Source: Oscillospiraceae bacterium
GTDB taxonomy: Bacteria > Bacillota > Clostridia > Oscillospirales > CAG-272
DNA: 64,000 nt
Direction of reading: 5' to 3'
Assembly: GCA_015063805.1 (NCBI GenBank)
Contig: SVTK01000015.1
Coordinates: 12,188 to 76,187, forward strand
How positions within the stretch are numbered: the first letter of the stretch is position 1; each line of letters starts with the position of its first letter. Of the stretch, positions 55,633 to 64,000 are shown piece after piece. The position numbers and the translations under genes are program-made. The notes under the pieces are model-generated. The model was not told the origin of the DNA. It ran no database searches and worked only from the letters and a program-made list of their open reading frames with translations.

Positions 55633-55749
55633 TCCCAGATAAATGAAAATAAAATTTTCATCTATATCGAAATTTATCGAAAAGAAGTAATGACTCATAA
55701 TATCATTGTTAACAGATCCAATCAAATAACAAAGAAAGGAACAAGAAAC

Positions 55750-58083
55750 ATGAAAATCATTTCCCTGTTAATGAAAATCATTTCCCTGCTACTCATAATC
55801 AGTTGTTTTTGCTCATTGCTAATTATTTCCTCAACCGCTACAACTTCCCCATACGATGACGATTATTACAAAGATCGTACCAACGTAATGCGCGGTGCCG
55901 CTCTAGCAGGAAAGGCCAATGTCGGATTTTTCGGAACTACCTATGTAACAGGTTCCGCAAATTCGACCGATGGTCAAAGAACTCACGATTGCAACAGTAA
56001 CTCTACCTTTCTTAACACCAGAACCTCCGTCTCAGCAGACACCATTTCCAAGGGTGGCAGCACACTTCAGTCCAGTTTGTTTGATGTCAACGGAAAAAAA
56101 GGAAGTGAAGCCACAAATCCGAAGTATCTTATGATCTTCTGCTTTAAACTTACTAAACCCGCTACGGTTGACACCGCACGTGTCTTTTTAGACGAAATCA
56201 ACAATGGATCTCTTTGTGCGAGAACGCTTGACAGTCTAGACATTGCCCTTAGTGCAACCGGCGAAGATGGTTCTTGGAAGATTGTTCATTCCGTTGACAA
56301 AATCTACTGCGGAAACAACTACCATATTTATGAAGACAAGAGTGGTAACAAAACTTCCTACATTGAAGCCTCTTTTGATCCCACTGAAACACTCTACATC
56401 CGTCTCTGCATTCCCGAGCCCACATGTCTGCATGGCCAAACCGAAATCAAAGGCGATTCAATCCGATACTGCCGCTTTACCGAGATAGAGCTTTGGTCTG
56501 TCCCTAAGACTAATGAAGATAACAACACCACAAAGCCCACCGATACTTCCATTAAATCCACCGTTCTTTTTCCCCTGCTGATGAAACACAGACAGTACGA
56601 GACCGAGACTTCCACCACCATGTTTGGGCTGCGTGTTAAGAACCTCCTCAGCTCCACTAACAGCATTACCTTTGAAAAGAACGGCACCAAAGCTACTGTT
56701 CCCGGCGAGACTTTGAAGGAACTAAAGTTGGGCGGTTTCCAAAAGTTGGTTGTTGCGATTACCACCCCAAATGCTACCACAGTTAAGATCACTGCCACCG
56801 CTGCAGGCAAAGTCGTTGAAAGTCTCGCAGGTACACTTGTTACCATGCCTTGGGATTCTTCCAAGGGCATCGAAGTAAAGGCAGTTGACGCACAAGGAAA
56901 CACTACCAACGCTACCTATGACGCAACTTCGGAGACCGTTTCCTTTATTGCTAACACCATGGGCGTCTACAGCATTGTAGAGGGGACTGCCATTGATTCG
57001 CCTGTTACTGATCCAGTGTCCAAAGATAATTTCAACTGGAGCAACACCAGTGTGGTGTTTATCGGCGACAGTATCACAGCTGGTACCGGAACCACGAAAA
57101 CATATCACAGTTATCTGAGCAATATGAACATATTCAAATCGGTCAGGTCAATGGGTGTTGGAGGCTCTTGCATTAGTCAGCGATCGGATTACGGCTCGAA
57201 GAATTCTCCTTTGGTCGGACGTTATTCTTCTATCCCTGCTGCCGATTTAATTGTCGTGTTCATGGGGACCAATGATTACGGTCACGAAACACCTCTCGGC
57301 ACCATATCTGACACATCGGACGTCTCATTCTACGGTGCTTTGGATACGGTAATCACCGGTATCCAGAAAGAACACCCTGACAGTCAGCTTGTTTTTGTAA
57401 CGCCATTACATCGTTATGGATTTGGAACAAGTAAAATCACGGGAACAAAGTTCACCTATGATAATCTTCCCAATGGAAACGGTCATAAGCTCGAGGATTA
57501 TGTAAACGCAATCAAGGTAGTTTGTGATAAATATGCCGTGCCGGTAATTGATCTGTTCAACCTGTGTCCGATCACCCCGGAAAACCCCGAAGACAAAAAA
57601 CAATATTTTCCTGATGGCCTTCATCCGAATGAGGCAGGGCATGAAATCATTGCAAAATTAATCTTTGAACAACTTTCTTTGGTCCCAAATCCGAATCCCG
57701 TAGATCCTGATGATACAGACAGTACCGCCGAACAGGAGCCGGAAATCAGTCGTGTCCTGATGCAATACGGAAACAAATTTGTAAAAAGCTATGCAAACGA
57801 CCGCACCAGAGCAACCTCGGAAATCAATATTTATCTCGAAGAAGGTCAGACAGTAACTATTCTTTCGACCCAGAATCTCCAATGGGCCCTTGCCAAAACA
57901 GATAGTGTCAATTCAACCTCCTACTCGCGGTACTATCCTAAGAATGGGTGGAATTCTGTTGCTTCCTATACGGTTGCGGAAAGTGGATATTACGGTTTGG
58001 TTTTGATGAAATCTGACAAAAGCGAGTTTGATTTTGAAAACTTTGATCCCGCTGAAATGTCAAGCTACATTCTCATTCGTTGA
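55750..58083 (+). CDS. secreted multidomain protein: discoidin-like domain + SGNH esterase
   Basis: signal peptide; ..RFTEIELW; FIGDSIT, GVGGS, MGTNDY, DGLHPN. Confidence 0.85.
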   Translation: MKIISLLMKIISLLLIISCFCSLLIISSTATTSPYDDDYYKDRTNVMRGAALAGKANVGFFGTTYVTGSANSTDGQRTHDCNSNSTFLNTRTSVSADTISKGGSTLQSSLFDVNGKKGSEATNPKYLMIFCFKLTKPATVDTARVFLDEINNGSLCARTLDSLDIALSATGEDGSWKIVHSVDKIYCGNNYHIYEDKSGNKTSYIEASFDPTETLYIRLCIPEPTCLHGQTEIKGDSIRYCRFTEIELWSVPKTNEDNNTTKPTDTSIKSTVLFPLLMKHRQYETETSTTMFGLRVKNLLSSTNSITFEKNGTKATVPGETLKELKLGGFQKLVVAITTPNATTVKITATAAGKVVESLAGTLVTMPWDSSKGIEVKAVDAQGNTTNATYDATSETVSFIANTMGVYSIVEGTAIDSPVTDPVSKDNFNWSNTSVVFIGDSITAGTGTTKTYHSYLSNMNIFKSVRSMGVGGSCISQRSDYGSKNSPLVGRYSSIPAADLIVVFMGTNDYGHETPLGTISDTSDVSFYGALDTVITGIQKEHPDSQLVFVTPLHRYGFGTSKITGTKFTYDNLPNGNGHKLEDYVNAIKVVCDKYAVPVIDLFNLCPITPENPEDKKQYFPDGLHPNEAGHEIIAKLIFEQLSLVPNPNPVDPDDTDSTAEQEPEISRVLMQYGNKFVKSYANDRTRATSEINIYLEEGQTVTILSTQNLQWALAKTDSVNSTSYSRYYPKNGWNSVASYTVAESGYYGLVLMKSDKSEFDFENFDPAEMSSYILIR

Positions 58084-58170
58084 AACACACCTCAGTTTGC
58101 ATATACCTTCCCTGTGACACAGACAGTATTCATACAACCACTTTTTATTACTCAAAAGGAAGATCAAACA

Positions 58171-60273
58171 ATGAAGACATCTTTTATATGCTGTATGCTA
58201 CTGTTTCTCATTGCATTCCCTAGTTTGGGCAGCTGCTCGTTCGAACAACCGCAAATATCTGAGCCAACTGCCGCTCCCCAAACCTCTATAGCACCAGAAA
58301 CAACTGTCCCCCTCCAAGAAATTTTGGCTCCCGAAACGACCGGTGAACCGGCGGTCACACAGTTTACCCCAAATCCCAATGCCTCGATCGTTTATAACGT
58401 TACAGAAAAAAAGCTGGTTCGTGCTTTGCTGGATTGGCAGCATGTCAAAACCACCACACAATCCGGCGAACCCGCCTTTTGGAATCTCTCGGTTGCACGA
58501 ACCATGCGAAACAACATGATCAACATATATCCACGTGCAAGAAATGAAAATCTCGAGACCATCAAAGGCGGATATCTTATACCGCAATATACCGATTTCC
58601 TCATGGAATATACTGCTCCGGCGCTTAAGGAATCACATGACATGGGCATGGAGGTTATCTCTTCACTTCCCATGATCCTGATAGAAAGGGAAACCTTTGA
58701 AGCTGCCGGTCTGAAAATTGAGGATTATGCTGCAATTTATCCAAATGGCAAAATTTATGACGGCGGGTGTCTGAATAATCCCAACTGGCGTAAGCTGATC
58801 TATGACTATACTATGCGCACCGCCCAAGCCGGATTCGACGGGATGTTCTGCGATGCGAACCCCTATTCCTACGGTCCCGGATTCAACTGCTGCTGTCAGT
58901 ACTGTGCGGATGCGTGGGCAAAATTCTCGCTCGAAAAACTAGGCCGCGAGGAAAAACTGCTCAAAACCGTCCCCACCAATCAGACTAGCGTCAGCCGCTG
59001 TTTTTATGATTTCCGTGCCCAAACATACCTCGATTTTTTGCTCCTGCTGCGAGATGATGCCCGTAAGATTAATCCTGATTTCTCCATGTGGCCCAATACA
59101 AATATGAACAATGGTATCGCTGCCTATTATTTGCTCGGAGGCAATGAGCATATGATCTCAGAATATGGCGATGTCAAAAATCTCGAGAGCGGCGAGGACA
59201 GCACACTATATATGTTCCGCCAATATGAAGCCATTTACGAACATCTCCCCATGCAATCGCAATACAACAATACCAAAACGCAAGGATATCCCTTCTATAA
59301 GCTTTACACCGCATATGCTGAGGCATTGGCTTCGGGCGGCTCAATGATGATGCCCGTTCTTTATGCTGCAAAAGATCTCTACCCCGTTCTGAACAACTAC
59401 AACAATATCATAGACGAAAACGAGGACGCTTTCACCAGCAGTACCTCGATTGCCGAAACTGCTGTCGTTTACTCCTGGCGCGACATCTATACCTATCACC
59501 ACAAGAGCTCCGGACAGGTTAAGTTTGCCCAAAACACCTCTCGTGTGGCCTCTTCCCTGCTAGCTGCAAATGGAATCCCCTTTGATTATATTCTACCCGA
59601 AAAAAACACATTGACTGTCAACGATCTCAAGCAGTACAAAACCATCATACTCCCTGAACTTCATTTGCTTGATCAAAAATTTCTCAACATGCTTGATGCC
59701 TATGTGTGCAACGGAGGACAACTACTCATTCTCGGCAAGACTTTCGCCACTAACTACACCTCGGAAAATGGCTATGACTACCCCGCCTACGATTTCGACG
59801 TCTTTGAATCGCTGACCGGTACCAAATTTTCCGACGCCAAGGATGGCACAGTGTATCCTTGCGGAGTTGGCAAAATCTTGGTATGCAAAAATTATGCCAC
59901 AGGAACCTCATCTGAGCGCACCATACGAGCAACCGCAGCCTTACGCAGCAGCTATGAAACACTCGATATGTTTGCGCCTGTCCGCGTAACCGAAGATATT
60001 ACCGGCAAGGTTGAAACCACTCTCCGAAGCGACGCAACAGGACAACACTGGTGGCTGCACCTGATCAACTACAACACCGGTGGAGAAATTGAGGAAAAAC
60101 CTTATCGTGTCACCATTACCATTCCTGAAGGTGAAACCGTGATTGATGTCATTCCATCCTGTGCATTTCGCGAAGTCAAAGAGATGGAGTTCAGTTGGGA
60201 CTTCAAAGACGGGCTCCTCACGGTCTCTGGAATTTTTGACATTCACACCATGCTCACCATCTGTAAGCAATAA
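58171..60273 (+). CDS. glycoside-hydrolase-like lipoprotein (TIM barrel + GH42-type trimerisation domain)
   Basis: lipobox LGSC; CLNNPNWR, GFDGMFCD, CCCQYC; YKTIILPE..YVCNGGQLL. Confidence 0.7.
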   Translation: MKTSFICCMLLFLIAFPSLGSCSFEQPQISEPTAAPQTSIAPETTVPLQEILAPETTGEPAVTQFTPNPNASIVYNVTEKKLVRALLDWQHVKTTTQSGEPAFWNLSVARTMRNNMINIYPRARNENLETIKGGYLIPQYTDFLMEYTAPALKESHDMGMEVISSLPMILIERETFEAAGLKIEDYAAIYPNGKIYDGGCLNNPNWRKLIYDYTMRTAQAGFDGMFCDANPYSYGPGFNCCCQYCADAWAKFSLEKLGREEKLLKTVPTNQTSVSRCFYDFRAQTYLDFLLLLRDDARKINPDFSMWPNTNMNNGIAAYYLLGGNEHMISEYGDVKNLESGEDSTLYMFRQYEAIYEHLPMQSQYNNTKTQGYPFYKLYTAYAEALASGGSMMMPVLYAAKDLYPVLNNYNNIIDENEDAFTSSTSIAETAVVYSWRDIYTYHHKSSGQVKFAQNTSRVASSLLAANGIPFDYILPEKNTLTVNDLKQYKTIILPELHLLDQKFLNMLDAYVCNGGQLLILGKTFATNYTSENGYDYPAYDFDVFESLTGTKFSDAKDGTVYPCGVGKILVCKNYATGTSSERTIRATAALRSSYETLDMFAPVRVTEDITGKVETTLRSDATGQHWWLHLINYNTGGEIEEKPYRVTITIPEGETVIDVIPSCAFREVKEMEFSWDFKDGLLTVSGIFDIHTMLTICKQ

Positions 60274-60277
60274 ACAC

Positions 60278-60318
60278 CACCACCTGTGACTGCCGTAAAT
60301 GGCACACAGGTGGTTTTT
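60278..60318 (+). terminator. terminator ending cargo operon
   Basis: ACCACCTGTG..TGCC/GGCA..CACAGGTGGT + T tract. Confidence 0.75.
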
Positions 60319-60460
60319 CATCCCTGTCGAAAAAATTCCCCTCCGAACAAAACATCACCCTGCATTCGCCGTGTGTGCCGCATTGTGACAGCTATTCCCT
60401 GCCTCAAATCTAATCCGCATAAAATAAAGAAACCATCTGTAACAAATCGTCTCAAATATC

Positions 60461-60510
60461 TTGACAAAAACTTGAACCTGTGTTAGAATATTATTGAAAC
60501 AGTTTGTTTC
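60461..60510 (+). promoter_or_regulatory. promoter and candidate operators of LexA-like gene
   Basis: TTGACA-17-TAGAAT; GAACctgtGTTA in spacer; GAAAC-N5-GTTTC at 60496-60510. Confidence 0.6.
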
Positions 60511-60525
60511 CGTATTGGAGGCACC

Positions 60526-61155
60526 ATGAAAAACATCCGAAATGAAGCAAAATCCACGATCGTTGAGTACATCGATCAGTATTACAGCAACTACAGAGCA
60601 ATCCCTTCCGTGCGCGATATCGCGGCAGGCACGGGGATCTCCGTTTCCACCGTGCACCGCTGTCTCAAAGACATGAAGGAGAACGGCGAACTGGAATACC
60701 GCGGCAGACGTTCTGTCCGTACGCTGCGCATGGAGATGGAAGGAAGACATCCCGCCATGGCTGTGCTCGGCTATGTTGCCTGCGGCGAGGGTCAGGAAGA
60801 GACAGAGGAAGTCATCGAGTACATCCGCATGCCGGAATCGCTGATCGGGCAAGGCGAATTCTTTGCGCTGATCGCGAAAGGCGAGTCCATGGTGGATGCG
60901 GGAATCGCTCCCGGCGATTACGTTGTGATCCGCAAGCAGAATACGGCGGAGATCGGCGATATCGTCGTTGCGCTGGATCAGGGCGTGAACAATCTGAAGG
61001 TGCTCGGATACAACAAAAAGCGTGAGCGGTATTTCTTGCGTTCCTGCAATGAAGACCGAGAGCGATACAGAGACATTTATCCCGAGGAACTGCAGATCCA
61101 GGGCGTGGCGGTTTGTGTATCGAAGAAGCTGGGGAAAGTGGATGTTGAGATATAA
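60526..61155 (+). CDS. LexA-like repressor of the element
   Basis: PSVRDIAAGTGISVSTVHRCL winged HTH, VACG cleavage site, GESM Ser, NLK Lys. Confidence 0.88.
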   Translation: MKNIRNEAKSTIVEYIDQYYSNYRAIPSVRDIAAGTGISVSTVHRCLKDMKENGELEYRGRRSVRTLRMEMEGRHPAMAVLGYVACGEGQEETEEVIEYIRMPESLIGQGEFFALIAKGESMVDAGIAPGDYVVIRKQNTAEIGDIVVALDQGVNNLKVLGYNKKRERYFLRSCNEDRERYRDIYPEELQIQGVAVCVSKKLGKVDVEI

Positions 61156-61178
61156 AACAAGAGTTGGGAGTGAGGAAG

Positions 61179-61493
61179 ATGAACCAAGTTGGTTGTTGCG
61201 GACACGATTGTTCCCGCTGTGTTACATATCAGGCAACAGTTAAAAATGATGATACACTCAGAAAACAAGCACAACTCTTTTATCGGGAGATGTTCAACCG
61301 AGAAATTCCCCTCCAGGAAATACGATGTATGGGTTGTCAATCGGAATGTATATTCAAACTCGCCGAAGATTGTCCGTTTACAAAATGCGTGCGAGAGAAA
61401 CAACTTGGAAGTTGTTCTGATTGCGCTGAACACCCCTGCCTCATGTTAGCTGAGTATCAAAAGAAGTATGTGAATAAATGCAATCAGATATAA
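61179..61493 (+). CDS. DUF3795-like Cys-rich protein
   Basis: GCCGHDCSRC, CMGC, CPFTKC..CSDCAEHPC. Confidence 0.8.
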   Translation: MNQVGCCGHDCSRCVTYQATVKNDDTLRKQAQLFYREMFNREIPLQEIRCMGCQSECIFKLAEDCPFTKCVREKQLGSCSDCAEHPCLMLAEYQKKYVNKCNQI

Positions 61494-61512
61494 ATAACCA
61501 AAAGGAGTATAA

Positions 61513-61770
61513 ATGCCCGAAAGAACACGCACCGATGACGGCTGCCGTCATATGCCAAAACTGAAATGTCCGTACGGGAATCACCGCTTCGCCGATGTGC
61601 CGGATGTGAATTTCCGAAACGTGCTGGAACTGCGGAAGCTGAAAGAATCTGAATCGCTCGGCTACGGCGATTCGATTCTCATTTGTCCGAAATGTCAGCA
61701 GCCAGTCGTTCTCAGCGTAAAAATCCTGCGCCATCCGCCAATGCACGCAGTCCGTGCACAAACCATATAA
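61513..61770 (+). CDS. small Zn-ribbon (Cys-rich) protein
   Basis: AAGGAG RBS; KCPYGNH ... ICPKC. Confidence 0.65.
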   Translation: MPERTRTDDGCRHMPKLKCPYGNHRFADVPDVNFRNVLELRKLKESESLGYGDSILICPKCQQPVVLSVKILRHPPMHAVRAQTI

Positions 61771-61843
61771 CTGCCGCTTCGCGCGGCGAATAAATTCCAT
61801 CCTCCCGGCTGTGAATTCGGGAACACACTTATAAAGTCAGGGT

Positions 61844-61917
61844 CGGAATCTGCATAACAATTCGATACAAATCCTACGGGATGATTGTGTTTTGTTGTTG
61901 TGCGGATTCCGTTTTTT
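61844..61917 (+). terminator. long leader hairpin/attenuator before excisionase
   Basis: CGGAATCTGCATAACAA pairs with TTGTTGTGCGGATTCCG (two G-U), then T6. Confidence 0.6.
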
Positions 61918-61936
61918 ATTTGAAAGGAGAACCAAC

Positions 61937-62140
61937 ATGAAAAAATGCACCTACCAAAACTTCGAAGATCTCCCGCTGATGCTGAACGCCACTGAATTGG
62001 AACATGCACTCGGCATCTCCCGATCATCCGTGTACGAGCTCATGAAAAAGGATGGCTTCCCTGCACTGTGGATCGAGGGACGCGTTGTTGTGCCGCGGGA
62101 CAAGTTTATCGAATGGGTGGAACAGAACACAGGAAAGTGA
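61937..62140 (+). CDS. excisionase-like HTH_17 protein
   Basis: FEDLPLMLNA..LGISRSSVYELM..GFPAL.IEGRVVVPRDKFIEW. Confidence 0.88.
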   Translation: MKKCTYQNFEDLPLMLNATELEHALGISRSSVYELMKKDGFPALWIEGRVVVPRDKFIEWVEQNTGK

Positions 62141-62148
62141 GGTGCTGA

Positions 62149-62994
62149 ATGGAAAATAAATTTGACTCACCCGAAACCGCGCAGGAATTCTTCGACCGAC
62201 TCTTCGCCTACGATCTGCTCGACCGCTATCCGAATCACAAGGTCGCAGCCGAGGTGGATTACTCTCTCCGCCTATTATGGAGTGCAGAAAAAGTCTGCAT
62301 TCAGGATTGGTCGTTCAGCCGCGAGCGTATCCGTGAAATTCTATACGATGAGTTGACTCCCGAAATCCTTCTCAACGCCATCGGCGCATACAAAATCTAC
62401 TGCACCGCGCCGTGGGATTTGTCAATCATCATTCTCGCAATGCTGACACTCTGCAAATACGATCCGGATCTGCTCGAACCGACGAAGATGAATGAACTTC
62501 GTGAGCAGAGTATGATCTGCTTTGCCGGAACCGACTTCACCGATTATGCAAACGCGAAAAACAAAGCGGATTTCTTTTCGTACGCAAAAGGAAAATTCTT
62601 TCCCCTGCCCCAGCGCATCTTCAGTCTCGGGTTATCCTCGGGCGAGATTCTGGTGTATGCGTATCTGCTCTACCGCGAGGATCGGAAAACATTCAAGTGT
62701 CATCCCAGCTACGAAACCATCGGCAAAGCGGTCGGCATGAGCAAGAACACCGTGAAAAAATATGTGGACGGTCTGCATGAGAAGCGGCTGATTGAAACAT
62801 GCTATACGACCGTGCAGACGAAGGACGGTCACGTACACAACGGAACGCTCGAGTACACGATCCTGCCGCTGAACATCGCGGAGGAATATTACGATGCCAA
62901 GCAGATGAAGCGGTTGGTGCAGGAGCAGGCGAAGGTGAATCTTTTCAAGAAACTTGCGAAATTCGATAAGAAGCGGGAGCGTTCCAAAGGTTAA
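62149..62994 (+). CDS. HTH_36-type (replication-associated) protein with N-terminal extension
   Basis: FFPLP..IFSLGLSSGEILVYAYL, CHPSYETIGKAVGMSKNTVKKYV..L.EKRLI. Confidence 0.75.
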   Translation: MENKFDSPETAQEFFDRLFAYDLLDRYPNHKVAAEVDYSLRLLWSAEKVCIQDWSFSRERIREILYDELTPEILLNAIGAYKIYCTAPWDLSIIILAMLTLCKYDPDLLEPTKMNELREQSMICFAGTDFTDYANAKNKADFFSYAKGKFFPLPQRIFSLGLSSGEILVYAYLLYREDRKTFKCHPSYETIGKAVGMSKNTVKKYVDGLHEKRLIETCYTTVQTKDGHVHNGTLEYTILPLNIAEEYYDAKQMKRLVQEQAKVNLFKKLAKFDKKRERSKG

Positions 62995-63081
62995 AAACTG
63001 CGCCGCATAGTCAAAGAAAAGCGGTTTTTGAGGAGAAATACAGGGGACATTACGCGGATGATTCAGAAGCAGGATAAAGCC

Positions 63082-63319
63082 GTGTCTCATGGGATTGCCG
63101 GCTGATAGCTGTCGGCATCCCTACACGGCAGTTCACACCGTCCGGCAACGCCGTGCGGGGATATTTGGGCAGATTTGCGTCGATTGAGGCAACTTCGGAT
63201 GCTGGCATTATACCGGCACCGTGTGTCTCGCAGGGAACCGATTTGCCGAAAACGTGTCTCCGCATGGCGAATTTGCTGTGTTTTCGGGACTTTTTGCGTG
63301 TCTCAACCATAGGGACACA
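63082..63319. repeat. oriT-like region with GTGTCTC iterons
   Basis: GTGTCTC at 63082, 63223, 63254, 63298 and inverted GGGACAC at 63312, upstream of RHH + relaxase genes. Confidence 0.55.
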
Positions 63320-63334
63320 GAAATGGAGGATATT

Positions 63335-63757
63335 ATGGCAAAAAACAATACCGATGCGATGCCGGCGAAAAGTATTCGCCTTACCGCAGAACAATGGAAT
63401 ACATGTGACCGACTGTACAAGCAGCTCGGCCTGCCGTCCCGCAACGATTTTATCCGTGACGCGGTCGATTTCTACATCGCGTGGCAGAGCCGTGAGAGCG
63501 TGGAGCGGTACTTAACGCCGGCGCTTGAGTCGGTGATCGGCGCAAAGATCCGTGACACAGAGGAACGGCTGGCGCGCATTCTCTTCAAGCTGGCGGTCGA
63601 TCAGAACCTGCTCGCGCGGTTTCTCGCACGCTATGACGGCTACGATGATGATGCGATCGAAGAGATGCGCATCCTGTCCTTGAATCAGGTAAAGCGTACG
63701 AACGGCACGCTCGATGCCGATGATGTGCTGATAGAACGTGAAGAATGGCAGGATTGA
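63335..63757 (+). CDS. ribbon-helix-helix relaxosome accessory protein
   Basis: KSIRLT..SRNDFIRDAVDFYI, ERLARILFKLAV, VKRTNG; GGAGG RBS; overlaps relaxase start. Confidence 0.75.
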   Translation: MAKNNTDAMPAKSIRLTAEQWNTCDRLYKQLGLPSRNDFIRDAVDFYIAWQSRESVERYLTPALESVIGAKIRDTEERLARILFKLAVDQNLLARFLARYDGYDDDAIEEMRILSLNQVKRTNGTLDADDVLIEREEWQD

Positions 63758-64000
63758 TACTGAAAGCGCCGTACTATTCGCCACGGAGTACGCCCAAGAA
63801 CGGCGGCACGCGCGGTGGCTATGCGGAATATATATCCACTCGCGAAGGCGTGGAGGTGCTTCCTCGCGGCGGAATGGCGGACTATGTCGGCGAGCGAAGA
63901 GGATCCAACGGGCTATTCTCCGACGAAGGTGTGCCGATTGTTCTCTCGCAGGTCAAGGCAGAGATCGACAACCACCCCGGCAACGTGTGGGGGCTGGTCT
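63745..64000 (+). CDS. MobP3/MobL-type relaxase (5' end)
   Basis: hand translation MAGLILKAPYY..GGYAEYISTREGVE..DYVGERRGSNGLFS..EIDNHPGNVW. Confidence 0.8.
   Translation, partial: MAGLILKAPYYSPRSTPKNGGTRGGYAEYISTREGVEVLPRGGMADYVGERRGSNGLFSDEGVPIVLSQVKAEIDNHPGNVWGLV

Larger units (their letters stand above)
41974..64000. mobile_element. tRNA-Pro-integrated integrative mobilizable element (continues past window)
   Basis: tRNA-fragment boundary, compositional shift, LexA-like repressor, excisionase, HTH, RHH and relaxase genes at right; integrase not in window. Confidence 0.8.

Overview
The window is chromosomal DNA from a GC-rich, spore-forming Clostridia/Oscillospirales-type Firmicute (alpha/beta SASP gene, a sigmaF-type promoter, sortase signals). 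Bases 1-~41.9 kb are mostly housekeeping. They include a minus-strand nusB-tsaD-like-xseAB-ispA-DUF212-tlyA-nadK-argR-recN-ybaK-(micro-ORF)-argS run, pcrA, tRNA-Leu(CAA), acyl-CoA ligase+ACP, a serpin, fucO, a MarR-controlled CoA-activase/dehydratase pair, alaX, sasp, rlmL, an ABC-F and an ECF sigma/anti-sigma pair. Two oddities sit in this part: a ~1.2-kb AT-rich one-gene insert bracketed by a direct repeat (~17-18 kb), and an orphan phage-like repressor switch with face-to-face promoters and repeated operators (34.5-35.7 kb). At 41974-42018 lies the displaced 3' half of a tRNA-Pro(GGG) gene, the left edge of an integrated element that runs past the window end. Its more AT-rich cargo (42.4-60.3 kb) is a LacI-associated catabolic cluster. 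The cluster encodes three unrelated phosphoesterases, two esterases, a GH-like lipoprotein, an SDR, and a TPP-dependent E1a/E1b/E2/E3 complex whose E2 keeps its lipoyl and E3-binding domains but has lost the acyltransferase catalytic motifs. The element backbone follows: LexA-like repressor, excisionase, HTH protein, oriT-like repeats, RHH protein and MobP3-type relaxase. All product calls come from motifs read by eye; no database search was run.
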